From contig CAZWEM010000003.1 in NCBI GenBank assembly GCA_964632315.1, forward strand, positions 73,823 through 137,822: 64,000 nt of DNA, written 5' to 3'. Shown here piece by piece: positions 52,718 to 63,015 of the stretch (its first letter is position 1; the number at the start of each line of letters is the position of its first letter). The position numbers were made by a program, and so were the translations under genes. This DNA is from an uncultured archaeon (GTDB taxonomy: Archaea > Asgardarchaeota > Lokiarchaeia > Sigyniarchaeales > SOKP01). The notes below the pieces were generated by a model. It saw only the letters and a program-made list of their open reading frames with translations, was not told the DNA's origin and searched no databases.

Positions 52718-53981
52718 TTATGGTAAAAATGGACTAAATTTCATTCCAAATCCGGACTGGAATGTAGAGATCATAAGTCCAAAGACTCTAGAAGTGCTAC
52801 CATCACCTGTTAAATCGATTGAAGAAGCAATTAACAATCCGGTTGGATGCCCTAATTTAAAGAGCATTATCAATAAAAAAAGAGGAATTGAGAATGTTTG
52901 CATTGTAGTTTCAGATGCAACTCGACCTGTCCCATCTCATTTAATTCTTGAAGCACTCCTCAATCAATTGAATAATTTAGGAGTCAAGGATGAGAATATA
53001 ACGGTTTTAGTTGCGACGGGATTGCATAGACAATCAACAAAGGAAGATCATCAAGTGATTTTGGGTCCATCATTATATAAGAGACTCAAAGTAATTGGCC
53101 ATGATTCAAAAGACCGTAAATCATTAAAACAGATTGTTACATCAAACAATAACTTTCTGATTAATAAACAGTACTGTGAAAGTGATCTTAAAATTATAAC
53201 AGGATACGTTGAACCTCATTTCTTCTTTGGATTTTCAGGAGGAAGAAAATCAATTCTACCAGGAATTGCAGGAGAAGATACAATACAAAAAAATCACTCT
53301 GCAGATATGATCCATTCTGAATATTCTCGATTTGGAATTTATCAAGAGAACATGATGCATAAACAAGCATTAATAGCAGCTAACGCAGTTGGTGTTGATT
53401 TCGCGGTAAATGTCTGCATTAATGAAAAACATCAAATCGTTAAAGTCGTTGCGGGGAATTTTGAAAAATTGCATAAAAAACTAGTAAAGTATCAATTAGA
53501 GAATGTTTTTCACCCAATTACTGATCCTTACGATATCGTAATATGTGGAAATGGAGGATATCCTTTAGACTTAAATTTATATCAAGCTGTAAAAAGCATG
53601 GCAATAGGAGAAATAGCAGTTAAACACGGAGGGACGATTATTTCTGTAAATGAATGCATTGAAGGAGTGGGCATAAGACAAGATAGATTTAAAGAATTAC
53701 TCTTTTCAGGCATAAATCCTAAAGATATGTATAAACAAATAATGAATGGGCAAATAACCGCACCAGATCAGTGGGAAATTCAAGTACTAGCACGGGTTCT
53801 TCAGAAGGCAGATGTTTTCGTGGTATCCAAATTAAAAGATAATAAATTAGGCAACATTGGATTGAAGTATGCTTCATCAATAGAAGATGCACTCGAAAAA
53901 TCTCTTCAGAAACAAGGTCATCAAGCTCGAATTTTGGTTTTACCTAATGGCCCTCAAGTACTTCCATTAATGAGAAAATAA
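52701..53981 (+). CDS. larA: Nickel-dependent lactate racemase family protein
   Basis: SDATRPVP, ATGLHR, EPHFFFGFSGGRKSILPG, NH and GGYPLDLNLYQAVK motifs. Confidence 0.9.
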   Translation: MEIKVDYGKNGLNFIPNPDWNVEIISPKTLEVLPSPVKSIEEAINNPVGCPNLKSIINKKRGIENVCIVVSDATRPVPSHLILEALLNQLNNLGVKDENITVLVATGLHRQSTKEDHQVILGPSLYKRLKVIGHDSKDRKSLKQIVTSNNNFLINKQYCESDLKIITGYVEPHFFFGFSGGRKSILPGIAGEDTIQKNHSADMIHSEYSRFGIYQENMMHKQALIAANAVGVDFAVNVCINEKHQIVKVVAGNFEKLHKKLVKYQLENVFHPITDPYDIVICGNGGYPLDLNLYQAVKSMAIGEIAVKHGGTIISVNECIEGVGIRQDRFKELLFSGINPKDMYKQIMNGQITAPDQWEIQVLARVLQKADVFVVSKLKDNKLGNIGLKYASSIEDALEKSLQKQGHQARILVLPNGPQVLPLMRK

Positions 53982-54137
53982 TATAAAATTAATTTCAACT
54001 TAGCACGCTTGTTTTTAATAATATTAAAAGCTTTGAAACTTCTCTTGATCTAATTATTGTTTTTTTAGAATACGTTTCTAATGAATAAACTTTTTAAAAT
54101 TTAACATGATCTTACAGTTTAATAATAGTTAAAATAA

Positions 54138-54947
54138 GTGTTTAAAATGCCATATTTTGATAATAATCAATTTAAGATTCATTACGAAATTGAAGGCCAA
54201 GGTCCTGATTTGATAATGATACATGGATTTGCTGCAAATATCGAAATAAATTGGCGACAACCCAACTGGATATCAACTTTAAAGGACGACAATAGATTGA
54301 TTTTAGTCGATTGTCGTGGACATGGTAAAAGTGACAAACCATATGATCCTAAACAATATGGATTTCATATGAGAGAGGATATCATTAAACTCATGGACCA
54401 CTTATCCATTTCTAAGGCAAATCTTTTTGGATACTCGATGGGAGGAAGTATCACGCTAAGTGTTTTGCTGTCGGAACCAAACCGCGTTAATAGCGCGATA
54501 ATAGGTGGATTTGCACCAATGGTTATTAAACCAGAATTAGCAAAGCAATTTTACGAACCTGTTATTATAGGGCTCAAGACACAAAACAAAAAGGAGATTA
54601 AGAATCCAGTAGCACTAAATTTCCGTAATTTTGCTGATTCTACGGGAGAAGATTTGAAAGCGCTAGTTGCTGTCATGGAGGGAAATTTTGTAATGGGAGA
54701 TGAAAATCTTAAATTTAACTCCCTCAATGATATAAAATCAGCGTTTAAAAAAGTAAAAATCCCAGTATTATCTGTAATGGGAAGTGATGATGTCTTGATT
54801 TCAAATAAAACCATTTTCGCAGAATCAATGCCAGGAGCATGTCATTTTCAAATTCAGGGACGAGATCATTTAACTGTCGTACCAGATGAAAGATTTCATA
54901 TAATTGTAAAAGCCTTTTTAAACTATATAAATAAGAATAAACACTGA
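54138..54947 (+). CDS. Alpha/beta hydrolase
   Basis: HGF, DCRGHGKS, GYSMGG, catalytic D and H. Confidence 0.92.
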   Translation: MFKMPYFDNNQFKIHYEIEGQGPDLIMIHGFAANIEINWRQPNWISTLKDDNRLILVDCRGHGKSDKPYDPKQYGFHMREDIIKLMDHLSISKANLFGYSMGGSITLSVLLSEPNRVNSAIIGGFAPMVIKPELAKQFYEPVIIGLKTQNKKEIKNPVALNFRNFADSTGEDLKALVAVMEGNFVMGDENLKFNSLNDIKSAFKKVKIPVLSVMGSDDVLISNKTIFAESMPGACHFQIQGRDHLTVVPDERFHIIVKAFLNYINKNKH

Positions 54948-54984
54948 ATTTTATTATAAAGAAATTCAAAACAAAAAAAAAGAA

Positions 54985-57900
54985 TTATTTTATGATTTTT
55001 TTTTTACGATATCTTAATAGAATTGAAGCAATCGGTATCAATAAAGCTATGAAGATCAATATTGGGGAATATGAAGGAACACTTGGTTTATTAACTACTG
55101 TATATTCGAAAGGGTTTCCATAAATATCTTTTCTCTCTACCATATTGCCTTGATTGTCCACTGCTATTATATACCATTGTACCTTAGTGCCCTGTGTATG
55201 CGGTGGTATTTCACCCTCCCAGATTCCTGGACTAGTAATTATTTCATCAAGAGGAATTACACTCCAATTTAGTCCATTATCTATAGAATAGTTGATAAAA
55301 ACAGTTTGTAAACCTCCCTCTTCAAAAATATTCACTCTTACTAATGGTGAATCATCATTACCAGGTCCAATATTGTCCCCATTTGTATCAAAAGTTATTG
55401 TAGGAAAATCGATTTCAGGAGGTAAGTAATCATAAGTATTATGTTCAAGAGGATATGAAGTTTCACAGAAAAATTGATCACCTTCAAATATGTATGTCCC
55501 AAATTTCTCGTCAATTCCTATCCATTGAACGAGGCGATCAGTTGGATCATCGTCTTCTATATGATATGCTGCCTTATAAATATTACTTGTCTCGGATTCG
55601 GCATAATTTTTTAGGCTCAGTTCAATTGTGGCATGAGTTTCAAGTGGTCCAAATTTTTCTTCAAAATCTGCCCCTAGGTCAATTTGAAATGTTGTAGTTC
55701 GGGTAGTCGTAGTAGTTACTTCATTTTCAAACTCATATGGAGCACCGCCGCTTTCATAGAATGGAGTTATCCAACTGACGGGAATGCTGTCGTTGTAAAT
55801 TGCATTTTGATTTTTCCATTCAATGGGAGCATGTTCATCACTTGCAAGTGTTTCTACGCCTCTAAGAATACCGTAATACAATTCTGGTTTCTCCCATCGT
55901 TCAGTTCCATTTGAGTAAATCCTATGAGTTCCATTTAAAACCCATTTATAAATCCATGATTCTCCCCAGTATCGATCCCCATATCCTGGTCCTATATAAT
56001 CTGCATCATTGGTTACTTGAGCAGATGTTAAGCTTGTGGTGTCTTTTATTTCATATCGAAAATCATAATCTTCGGTTAACGTTTCTTTATATTCTAATAA
56101 AAATGATGCCCCAGCATCAACACCAAACAATGAAAATTCAGCACCAACCTCTACAGATACTCCCATAGCATTGGTAATTTGAGAACCCACTCCAATTGAT
56201 AAACTTGTGGACTCAGAGATACTTGAGAAGCTATTATCACCGTGTGGGTCATGAAGTATCAAGTAAAGCTGTTTTCCTATGACTTGTGTACTAGAATTTA
56301 AAATTTGAGTATATTCATGCGTGACTTTAACGAATTTGAAACTCCGAGTATCTGTATCAAGTATCATACTTCCATTTTTACCAATAAGGGTTGCAGATAA
56401 AAATCCGTCAATGTAAGCAGTATAGGGTGTTAACACTATTGAAGTCATATTCCATACACTTCCAAGATTAGTACCATTAATTTCAAGTTCAATATCCTCT
56501 ACCAGCCTAGAGGTTTTTTGAAAAGTAAATAAGCCGTCGTTTTCATATGGTGCCTTAGAATATGGCAAAATGACAGTACTGCCATTTGCTGGATAAATCC
56601 ATTCAACAGATGGGGCTATTTCTATTGTAAAAACTCTTAATTCTGATTCATAATAATCACCTAAATAATTCTCCCCAAAAAACTGTATCGAATGTTTTCC
56701 ATCTTCTGGGACTGGAAGTGTTTTATTTCCTAATATCATTTGTCTTGGCTGACTATCTAATGAAAATTGTCTCCATGCAAAATCGTAGTTATAGTCATAA
56801 TAGCTAAACAGGATGCCTTCTTTACGATTATCACCAGCATAATAAGATGGATCCCATGAATATCCTATTGCATCTATGTAGCTTGAATAACCAGTACCAG
56901 CGCCTTCTGTATTAGCCCATACTTTTTCAATGTTATCAATATCTTGATAAAAATGTAAAGGGGCTTCATTTTTTTTAATTCCATCTAACCAATAAGACAT
57001 TTCATGTGCATTACAGTCAAAGTCAATCTGGACATGATGCCATTGATCATTGTATATAATATCCTCCAAATAGTTAAATCCCTGATATAAAAATTTGATG
57101 AGATTTGATTTAATTTCAACTTTAAATGCAGTATGTTCTGTAGCATCCATAAAACTAATGTAAGTTCCTTGTCCTGCATTATCAGTTGCAATCCAAAACT
57201 CTATTGTACCTACAGATTGAGATAGTATTATATTCTCCATTAAAGCTATATTTGAACTAGAGTGATCATATAGTTCTACTACTTTGTTATGACCATATAT
57301 TTCATCTATAACTTCTACTTTACAACCTATTGCGGTTTGCATAGTCCATCCTTCTGGAACATCACCATCTTGGTCGTTCTCAAACCCATAAGTTCCGGGA
57401 AAATATCCACTCATTGGTGCGGTGTAATTAATATTTTCAGGAGTTACAATTTCGACCGATTTATAATGTGCGGTAAAATGCCTCTTTTCTGAATAAAATA
57501 TATCACCTAATGAGTCATTTCCAAAAACTTGTATAGAATATGTACCATTTCTTGGCATTGGGATAACTTTATTTCCCTTAATGGTAATATTTGCTTGATT
57601 ATCTAACGAGTACCCAACCCATTCAAGATCCTTATTCGTTTTGTAGCTAATTAATAAACCTTCATGTTGATTTTCTCCTATGAAATAATTTTCATCCCAT
57701 GAATATCCAAGTGCATCCAAAAAATAATTATAGTTAGCATCTGAGTTATGAGTGATGATGTAAATTCTATCCATTGCTATAGGATTTCCATTAAACTCAA
57801 AACCATTGCCCCTATCAATACGAGTATCATCAATCCAAAGATACCAGGCATCAGAACAGTTAAATTCAATTTTAATGTGATACCACTTATTCGCAATAAA

Positions 57901-59868
57901 GTTAGCTCCTGTATACACCCAACCTCCTCCTGTATAATAATATAAATACCCATCTATGAAACTAAAGGCAATCGAATCTGCCCATGTACCATCTCTTATG
58001 CTGAACTCATGATGTTTGTTTGTATGGCTAAATCTCACAAACACCTCAATCGTTCCCGATGTGTGATCAGAATCAAAAATATTATGAATTCCAGTGTAAT
58101 CAGAGGCACTTGTATCGTATATTTGGACAACATTTTTATGGCTTCCTATTGAATCTCTAACTTGTACAACTCCACCACCCTCCCAAACCATGAATCCTTC
58201 AGGATGGGTATTAATTTGATCATTTTCGAATCCGTAAGTCGCAGGATAATATCCATTTTCATCCCATAGATGACCATAGGCATCAATGTAAGCGTTAAAT
58301 GAACTTGAATCCCCTGCATTTGAATCTATTTGAAGAATTTCTATTTGATTGCATGCAGTTCCAAATGCTGCAGTCCTTTTAAACTCATCATCAATGAAAT
58401 AGTCAACAGTATCAAGTGAACAATCATATACCATTTTAATATGATACCACTTATTAGGAATGGCTTGTCCTATATCAATCCATCCATTAGATCGAAATGA
58501 CCCATGGTAACAATTAATATAAAAAGCATGAACACCATCACCATAAAATCTCAAAGCCATTCCATTTGTACTGTCAACATTATCAATTGCATACCAAAAT
58601 TCTATTATTCCTGATGATCTCGTTTGTGTAAAGTTATGAATTCCATACAGACTCGAGGTACCAGTGCCATCCACACATTTCAAGACCTTTTTGTGACCAT
58701 TGAAATCTGGTATAATTTCAAAAAAACTTTCAGAATCGCTTGAATTTGAATCGATAAAATTAATATCATCATTAATAGTTCCATCAATTTCATCGTCAAA
58801 ATCGTAAGTCTCGAGATAGTATCCATCCATAGAGCCAGTATATGTTCTATTTTCTGGAGTAATCAAATTAATTGAATAATTGCTAGTAGTAAAATGCACA
58901 ATATTTGATTGGTAAATGGTTCCAAGAGAATTATTACCAAAAACTTGAATTGAATGTCTTCCAAGAGTAGGAAATGGAAAAGCTATGTCCCCTAAAATAG
59001 ACGTGTTTACTTGATTATCTAGAGAATATCCTATCCAATCAAGTTGTGTAGCATTTTCAAAACTTAAAAGCAATCCTTCAAAAAGATTATCTCCTATATC
59101 GTAATCTTGATCCCATGAAAAACTTAAAGCATCTAAGTACCAGTGGCCAGATAATGAACCTGTTTGATAAAACCATATGCTTGTTAATGAACCAATATCA
59201 TAAAACATATCTTGTTCATTTACTTCTTTAGTTCCGTTAATATATATATCAAATTTCTTTGAAATGATATCGAAATCTATTCTTATATGAAACCATGTGT
59301 TGTCTAAATACTTTCCGGCTCCAAATTCGCCCGCGATTGAACCAGATGTACGCCACCAAAATTGACCATCATTTTGATAATCAATTCCTATTCTTAATGC
59401 ATATCCATCTGTAGAATTTCGAAGAGAAATTTCAAAACCTTTGTTTCCCGAATTTTTGTAGACGTAATATTCTATTGATCCAGTTGTTTGAGGAGTTTTA
59501 AGATTTGTTTTAGTCTGTGCAAATTCGCCAGTTAAAGCACTACTATATGATAAGACTTTTTTATGTCCTGCTATTTCAGATGCTACAGATACTTCAGAAG
59601 AAGCTCCTGTTGATTCATCAATCCATCCTTTGGGAAAACCTCCATCAAATTCGTTTTCAAAACCATAAGTTGCAGGATAATATCCGCTCATAGGTTCATT
59701 ATATGTTGTATTCATCGGAGAAACAATTGTAATTTCTGGATCACTGGAATTCGGTATTATTGGATCTTTAACATTTAAACCTTTGTCAAAAAAGGTTGAA
59801 AAGCTAATTAAATAAAGTACCAGAACTACCCCAAGAACTAAACATTTTTTTCTATTACTATTTTTCAT
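54985..59868 (-). CDS. Large secreted multi-domain surface protein (4 LamG-like modules, Ig-like spacers, Loki-CTERM-like anchor)
   Basis: Signal peptide; four YYP.TYGFEN...W.H..I.FD...YIDA.G modules; YSLDNQ spacers; C-terminal VPSY + TM + RKKK. Confidence 0.82.
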   Translation of the reverse strand: MKNSNRKKCLVLGVVLVLYLISFSTFFDKGLNVKDPIIPNSSDPEITIVSPMNTTYNEPMSGYYPATYGFENEFDGGFPKGWIDESTGASSEVSVASEIAGHKKVLSYSSALTGEFAQTKTNLKTPQTTGSIEYYVYKNSGNKGFEISLRNSTDGYALRIGIDYQNDGQFWWRTSGSIAGEFGAGKYLDNTWFHIRIDFDIISKKFDIYINGTKEVNEQDMFYDIGSLTSIWFYQTGSLSGHWYLDALSFSWDQDYDIGDNLFEGLLLSFENATQLDWIGYSLDNQVNTSILGDIAFPFPTLGRHSIQVFGNNSLGTIYQSNIVHFTTSNYSINLITPENRTYTGSMDGYYLETYDFDDEIDGTINDDINFIDSNSSDSESFFEIIPDFNGHKKVLKCVDGTGTSSLYGIHNFTQTRSSGIIEFWYAIDNVDSTNGMALRFYGDGVHAFYINCYHGSFRSNGWIDIGQAIPNKWYHIKMVYDCSLDTVDYFIDDEFKRTAAFGTACNQIEILQIDSNAGDSSSFNAYIDAYGHLWDENGYYPATYGFENDQINTHPEGFMVWEGGGVVQVRDSIGSHKNVVQIYDTSASDYTGIHNIFDSDHTSGTIEVFVRFSHTNKHHEFSIRDGTWADSIAFSFIDGYLYYYTGGGWVYTGANFIANKWYHIKIEFNCSDAWYLWIDDTRIDRGNGFEFNGNPIAMDRIYIITHNSDANYNYFLDALGYSWDENYFIGENQHEGLLISYKTNKDLEWVGYSLDNQANITIKGNKVIPMPRNGTYSIQVFGNDSLGDIFYSEKRHFTAHYKSVEIVTPENINYTAPMSGYFPGTYGFENDQDGDVPEGWTMQTAIGCKVEVIDEIYGHNKVVELYDHSSSNIALMENIILSQSVGTIEFWIATDNAGQGTYISFMDATEHTAFKVEIKSNLIKFLYQGFNYLEDIIYNDQWHHVQIDFDCNAHEMSYWLDGIKKNEAPLHFYQDIDNIEKVWANTEGAGTGYSSYIDAIGYSWDPSYYAGDNRKEGILFSYYDYNYDFAWRQFSLDSQPRQMILGNKTLPVPEDGKHSIQFFGENYLGDYYESELRVFTIEIAPSVEWIYPANGSTVILPYSKAPYENDGLFTFQKTSRLVEDIELEINGTNLGSVWNMTSIVLTPYTAYIDGFLSATLIGKNGSMILDTDTRSFKFVKVTHEYTQILNSSTQVIGKQLYLILHDPHGDNSFSSISESTSLSIGVGSQITNAMGVSVEVGAEFSLFGVDAGASFLLEYKETLTEDYDFRYEIKDTTSLTSAQVTNDADYIGPGYGDRYWGESWIYKWVLNGTHRIYSNGTERWEKPELYYGILRGVETLASDEHAPIEWKNQNAIYNDSIPVSWITPFYESGGAPYEFENEVTTTTTRTTTFQIDLGADFEEKFGPLETHATIELSLKNYAESETSNIYKAAYHIEDDDPTDRLVQWIGIDEKFGTYIFEGDQFFCETSYPLEHNTYDYLPPEIDFPTITFDTNGDNIGPGNDDSPLVRVNIFEEGGLQTVFINYSIDNGLNWSVIPLDEIITSPGIWEGEIPPHTQGTKVQWYIIAVDNQGNMVERKDIYGNPFEYTVVNKPSVPSYSPILIFIALLIPIASILLRYRKKKIIK

Positions 59869-60003
59869 ATTAAATCATTTAACCTAAATGTTTTAATTTG
59901 AGCTAAAATATTGAATTTCGCGCTCAGATATTTTTTATTAAATATCTTTAATAATGGGAGTATAAGAGAGTATATAAAACAATAAGGAATGAATCTTTAC
60001 ATT

Positions 60004-61299
60004 TTATGAATTCTTATTCTCAAGGATTTTATCATCCTTGTAGGGTATCTTATCCTTGTTTTCCTCATAAAATTTTAAAAAATTCTCTATCATAGATTCT
60101 GGATATTTTAAAAACTCTTTTTTCATTGCTTCATATTCATTGTTATTAGAGAAGATTTTTTTTAATTCATTATCGAGTTCGGGAGGAATTTCCTTATACT
60201 TCATGGTTAAATAGAGGGGACTATCTTTGCTAGAAACCAATTTTGAAGGAAAGTTGGAGAAATATTTATCTATTAGCAAATAAGCCTCATCGTACTTATT
60301 AATTTCTCTACATTTAGTATTTAATAATTTCATAAATTTAGTTTCAAATTCATCTGAAAAATTAATCAAAGATTTTCTTAACAATTTTGACGGTTTTGAA
60401 GCAACCAATCCTACAGAAATAAATTCCGATTCTCTTAATATTAAAATTCCGTCACTTAAAATGATATCTAATATACCTCCTTTATCTATGACTTCCTTAC
60501 TCATTATCTGCACAGCACTGATGAATCCACTGAAGATGTTATCGCTAATATTAGATTCTGACCAGTCATGATCAAACAGTGGGAATCCTTCTCTATCTTT
60601 TACCAAAATCCTATTTAATTCAAATGGGAGTATATATAATAATTTGGGTTCAAAAATAATATTAATTGTAAATATTGAAATTCCTAAAGAAAAAACAATT
60701 GGATATATTATAAGGAAAATGGGAAAGAAAAAATTGAGAAAATAACAAAATAGAGTCGCTATCGACATAATGGTTGTTCCGATAAAGAAAATCTTTGCTT
60801 TTGTTTTGATAATTGGCGGGCAATATAGCAGAGTTTTTAAACCCCAATAAAATGCATTTAAAAGTATTAAAGCAGACAATAAATCTGAAAACAAAGAGAA
60901 ATACCCAACAACTATAGTACTATAATAACCATCCACTGTTATAAGCTTAACAACTGGAGATTGAAAAGCAGCATATACTAATAATGCGGATAATATTAGA
61001 GCAATTAGTAAATTAGTTGAAAATATTCTATCTTTCATTATATAATTAAGCCCGATGACAAAAAATAAAGCTACTCCAATTAGCATGAGGTTATATACAA
61101 TTGTAATCATTTCGCTTAAAAATAGAATTGAGAAAAAAACAAGGAAACTAAAGATCGAGGCAAATAAAAATGATAATGCGAGATACTTTACAGACAAAAT
61201 TTTATTTGTTCTCGGAGAAATCTGAAGAATAATGACTAAAACGAATAAGAATGAACTTGATATAATGTTGACTATCCCTTCAGGAGTCCAATATACCAT
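60004..61299 (-). CDS. Multi-TM membrane protein with a C-terminal longin-like domain
   Basis: About 7 TM helices, then ILVKDREGFPLF...FSGFISAVQIMSKEV...FETKF. Confidence 0.72.
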   Translation of the reverse strand: MVYWTPEGIVNIISSSFLFVLVIILQISPRTNKILSVKYLALSFLFASIFSFLVFFSILFLSEMITIVYNLMLIGVALFFVIGLNYIMKDRIFSTNLLIALILSALLVYAAFQSPVVKLITVDGYYSTIVVGYFSLFSDLLSALILLNAFYWGLKTLLYCPPIIKTKAKIFFIGTTIMSIATLFCYFLNFFFPIFLIIYPIVFSLGISIFTINIIFEPKLLYILPFELNRILVKDREGFPLFDHDWSESNISDNIFSGFISAVQIMSKEVIDKGGILDIILSDGILILRESEFISVGLVASKPSKLLRKSLINFSDEFETKFMKLLNTKCREINKYDEAYLLIDKYFSNFPSKLVSSKDSPLYLTMKYKEIPPELDNELKKIFSNNNEYEAMKKEFLKYPESMIENFLKFYEENKDKIPYKDDKILENKNS

Positions 61300-62031
61300 T
61301 TATTTTATGACCTCATTTTCTATAAATTTTTTTGCCCTCTTTTCTTCTTTAAGTTTTAATCTGATGGTTTTAGAGAAATTTGGATTAATTCTAATAATTC
61401 TTGCATCATTTATCAAGAGAATTTCATATTCTATTAACTTTTTAATATGGTAATACACTAATTCACGCGATTCGTTGAGGATTTTATAAACTTCTGATTG
61501 TTTAATTTGAGTTCTTATACATATCAATTCTATTATACTCTTGTTTAATTCATCACGGAATAAAAAGCAGATTATTCCATATTCACTACTAATATTAGTT
61601 GGGATCAAAATTAGAAAATTACCTACATTTACAGATTTAACACAACCAAATTTTAGAAGCATATCAATATGCCAAAGTAATTGTCCAACTCCTAAACTTA
61701 AACCTTCCTCTTGGATCAACTTCCTAACTGCGGAAATATGAATTCCTGGATTATGAGAAATAATAGAATATACTTCCTTCCTAATTGGATTAGATATTAC
61801 CGATTGACTTGTAAATCTCGATTGATCAACTAAAATCTTTTTATTAACTAGAAATTGAATTATGGTTTTTAATCCAGAACTTGGAATTTTTAAAATTCTT
61901 TTTGCTCGTTTGAAAAGTTTATCTAGGGTTAAGAGATGATTCTCAGAAATTATTTCCTCTGCAATTTCAATCACTCGCCTAACATTTGGATGTTTCAAAT
62001 TTATTGGTGTCTTAATTATAGATTGGGTCAT
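61300..62031 (-). CDS. Winged-helix DNA-binding protein (tandem wHTH)
   Basis: NPGIHISAVR...WHIDMLLKFG and RELVYYHIKKL motifs. Start placed at MTQSII. Confidence 0.78.
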   Translation of the reverse strand: MTQSIIKTPINLKHPNVRRVIEIAEEIISENHLLTLDKLFKRAKRILKIPSSGLKTIIQFLVNKKILVDQSRFTSQSVISNPIRKEVYSIISHNPGIHISAVRKLIQEEGLSLGVGQLLWHIDMLLKFGCVKSVNVGNFLILIPTNISSEYGIICFLFRDELNKSIIELICIRTQIKQSEVYKILNESRELVYYHIKKLIEYEILLINDARIIRINPNFSKTIRLKLKEEKRAKKFIENEVIK

Positions 62032-62434
62032 GTCAACATTTTTTAAAGGATCTAAGGTTAAACAGAGAAATATACAATCTTGTAAGTTATTCATACTAAT
62101 AATTGTTCCTCTTATAAATTCTAACAGAATTTATATTAATAGAAATTAAATAAATTCTAATTAATAATTTCAGCATTTCCATTTAAATCAGTAAGGTATG
62201 AATCTTTACATGCTCAGATAAATGATATTGAAAGCTTTTTTAGATGTAATAAATAAAAATTAAGAAATCTTTTCATATTCAATTGAAATTATAACTCAAT
62301 AGTTAGCTAATTCTTCTGTCTTTAATATAAAAAATGAGGGAAAAGTATTGGACTTAAAATAGTTGTTTTACGACAGTTATAATTGGTAATTAGCCAAAAA
62401 TGGATAATTAAAGTATGTTAGGTGTAGTTTCAAA

Positions 62435-62590
62435 ATGCATTATAAATGCCCAATTTGTTCCAGCATGAAAAAACCAAAAATTACTAAATATTTCCCGCCA
62501 ATAACCGTTAGATGTATCGATTGTGGTCACGAAGATTATGAAAAACATTTTATTTGTCAAGAAAGAACAAATTATCTTGTATTACAATAA
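62435..62590 (+). CDS. Small zinc-ribbon protein (51 aa), not in the ORF track
   Basis: MHYKCPICSSMKKPKITKYFPPITVRCIDCGHEDYEKHFICQERTNYLVLQ; two CxxC pairs; AGGTG upstream. Confidence 0.7.
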   Translation: MHYKCPICSSMKKPKITKYFPPITVRCIDCGHEDYEKHFICQERTNYLVLQ

Positions 62591-63015
62591 AGATCAATTC
62601 TATAGTCATATTTTTTAATTTTTTACTTTATGTAATATTAAGTTCTTTATAGGACTTAAACTATAGAGCTAATATCAATATGCCATTAATCCCAAATTAA
62701 AGATTTCTTTAATTAAATAGCAACTTTTAAATTATAATGGAAAGCAATTCCCATCAGTTAGCGGGAGAGACGTGGGAATTAGAGTTCTTGTTCTTTGACG
62801 TATAACAAACCCAGACAAAAACATTTTTATATAGTGGGGTAACTTAATAATGTATTGCACTGGGATTAAATAATTATAATTATTAACGTAAAGAAATAAA
62901 TACCCTAATAGAAACTAGTAATATGCAACAAGTGATTATTGGTTTTTAACACGTATTTTACGAATAATGATGAATTATACCCGAACGAATAATCATTAAA
63001 AAAAAGTGAAGAAAT

